Origin: an uncultured Candidatus Rokubacteria bacterium
Lineage (GTDB): Bacteria; Methylomirabilota; Methylomirabilia; Rokubacteriales; CSP1-6
Assembly (NCBI GenBank): GCA_963789955.1
Contig: CAWBMV010000037.1
Coordinates: forward strand, 256,001-320,000
Length of the DNA stretch: 64,000 nt
Direction of reading: 5' to 3'
Part shown: positions 62,259 through 64,000 of the stretch, piece by piece
Numbering within the stretch: the stretch's first letter is position 1
Layout of the letters: each line of letters opens with the position of its first letter
The notes under the pieces: model-generated
Database searches by the model: none
The model's input: only the letters and a program-made list of their open reading frames with translations
Told to the model about the DNA's origin: nothing
Made by a program: the position numbers and the translations under genes

Positions 62259-62294
62259 ACGGTAATACGGCAGACCAAGGCCTGTCAATACAGG
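62259..62294 (-). promoter_or_regulatory. Sigma-70 promoter with -35 inside a palindrome
   Basis: CCTGT-ATTG-ACAGG contains TTGACA; TACCGT 18 nt downstream, 10 nt before ATG 62248. Confidence 0.5.
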
Positions 62295-62309
62295 TGGCGT
62301 GACCCAGCA

Positions 62310-62460
62310 CCCACATCACGATGGGAATCGTGGCCGTCGCTCGTAGGCGGCACGCGTCCCAGCTACGGCGTGAGTTATCAGCACATCGGGCTCAGCGATC
62401 CAGCCGGTGGCCAACTCGGGAGGACGCGCCAGACCGTCGGCGCCAGAATTCGATGAGGAG
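62310..62460 (-). pseudogene. Remnant of an ABC substrate-binding protein
   Basis: Fragments PELA...EPDVLITHAVAGTRAA and ATATIPIVM in shifting frames. Confidence 0.55.
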
Positions 62461-62472
62461 GCGCTTGCCTCG

Positions 62473-63390
62473 CTATAGCTGCAGCTCGCGAGCGCGGCTC
62501 GAAGGCCGCGACCTGCGGAGCAGGATCCGAATGGCGATGCGAGCCGATGCGGCTCCCGCGGCTTCGGCCGAATAAAGGCGGCCACCGACGATTCCCAGCC
62601 CCAGTTGATTCTCAAAGACACCGTTGATGGGCGCGTTCGCCGCTGCGTGCAGCTGCCGGAGCACGTTGTCCTGGTTGTGCGTCACGCCTGCCGCATCGCG
62701 GAGGAGCAACCCGAACAGAATGAAAGAGTGCGGAGGCAATGTGGCCACCTGGCGCAATGTCTCATCGAACGACAGGTCGTTGAACCAGGTGAAGCGCACG
62801 CGCTTCGTGAGCGGTTCGACAGCGTCGCGAAGGGCCTTCGTCCATAACCGCTCGAGCGGGGAGGCGCCGATCACGACGGCGATGTGGTTTGTATCGGGCG
62901 CCAGCTGGAGAATGTCGTCGAACAGGCCTGAGAGCTCGAACGAATCTCCGACGAAGGTGGCGTTGTTCTGAAGCGCGTCGGCCGGCAGCATGCGCCGGTC
63001 CATGGCCGTGTAGATAATGGACGCCCACGGAAACAGGCGATGCCGATACTTGACCACGAACTGGCCGGCCGGCGCGCCGACGGGAATCACGAGGTCGGGT
63101 TGCCATTTCGATAGGCGCGCGAGCAGGAACTCGAAGAACGGCCCTTCGAGTTCTGGCTGCCCGTAACTCGCCATGTCCAGCGAGACCTCGTCCATGTCAA
63201 CCCTCTCCCCGCGCTCCTTGGTCAGCGTGGTCTGGAAAGCGGTTGATTGCGTCGCGAACGGCGGAGTCGCGCGCCCAAAGGAGTGGACGATGAGGACGCG
63301 CTTGGCCTCGGCCCAGGCGGCCGAGTTGGCCATGAGAACGAAGACGACGAGCCCTAGCGATAACCGGCTCAAGGTCCGCATTGGGGCCAT
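62473..63390 (-). pseudogene. Truncated sensor-kinase periplasmic domain, paralog of 10782-11767
   Basis: KRVLIVHSFG, ARLSKWQPDLV, LAPDTNHI, LLRDAAGVTHN, QLGLGIVGG shared; ends before the TM and kinase domains. Confidence 0.8.
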
Positions 63391-63494
63391 AGGATCGCAT
63401 ACTCGACCCAACCCCGAAAGGCGGCTGCCGCAGGTGTGCGTAACCCTACGAAAATGTACCGCCTAAGAATGTAGCACGGCTGGAGATCGCAGTC

Positions 63495-63795
63495 TTGCAA
63501 CCAGCCGAACAGGAGCCGCGGCCGCCATCGGGTTCAGTTGCGGAGTCGGTGTCACCACAGAACATGGACGGGTTCGCCGACGAGCCGGCGCTCAAGGACG
63601 TGTTCTTCGAGCCCGATCGCGCGGACATCGTCCACGATGGGGCCACTACCATGGCGAATGCCCGCTGGCTACTCACCCACTGGCTGATCCTCAATCTTGA
63701 CTACCTGGTGCTCATCGAAGGCCACGCGGATGACAAAGGAAGTCGCGAGGACAACATCACGATCGCGGAACTGCGGGCCAAGGCGGCGCGTGCAC
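63495..63795 (+). pseudogene. OmpA/Pal-like fragment
   Basis: LKDVFFEPDRADI, LIEGHADDKGSREDNITIAELRA, then loss of similarity. Confidence 0.7.
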
Positions 63796-63909
63796 TTCCG
63801 TATGCAGCGCAAGTGATGGTAGGCGACTGCCGCGACCTGCACTCCCCTGCCCCGCATCGTGGCATGGGATCAAATCGGGCATGAGACGCAAGTGATATCA
63901 TCGCGCACA

Positions 63910-64000
63910 ATGTTCGCCCAGCAGCTCGTCAACGGGCTGATGCTCGGCGGCGCCTACGCCCTGGTCGCGATCGGCTACACGCTCATCTTCGGCGTGCTGA
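63910..64000 (+). CDS. Branched-chain amino acid ABC permease (LivH-like), runs off window
   Basis: MFAQQLVNGLMLGGAYALVAIGYTLIFGVL. Confidence 0.88.
   Translation, partial: MFAQQLVNGLMLGGAYALVAIGYTLIFGVL

Overview
GC-rich bacterial chromosomal window. Gene style and content suggest Candidatus Rokubacteria/Methylomirabilota, which is an inference only. Many single-base frameshifts in conserved genes point to an unpolished long-read assembly. Contents: a cobalamin uptake/salvage locus (cobU-cobT-btuFCD-btuB with two cobalamin riboswitches; cobS-cobC 10 kb away), two paralogous HTH-receiver signalling modules, GTP-PEPCK, an acyl-CoA carboxyltransferase, a probable membrane-anchored ECF sigma factor, aroQ, a ZIP transporter, a type II secretion operon (gspEFGHIJKLM-C-D), nucleoside/ribose genes, an SDR-RidA-MarR-OYE cluster and an uncharacterised catabolic operon. 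Main observations: (1) an Rdx/SelW-type selenoprotein (CxxU, UGA plus SECIS-like hairpin) missing from the ORF track; (2) a decayed ~6.3 kb island integrated into a GNAT gene that supplies a replacement 3' end; (3) an ECF sigma factor apparently fused to a TM/signal segment and an exported domain, with its own ECF-type promoter; (4) two long palindromic elements that appear to be read in frame as N-terminal extensions of the downstream genes; (5) leaderless and bidirectional -10 promoters. No rRNA, tRNA, CRISPR array, transposase or integrase was seen.
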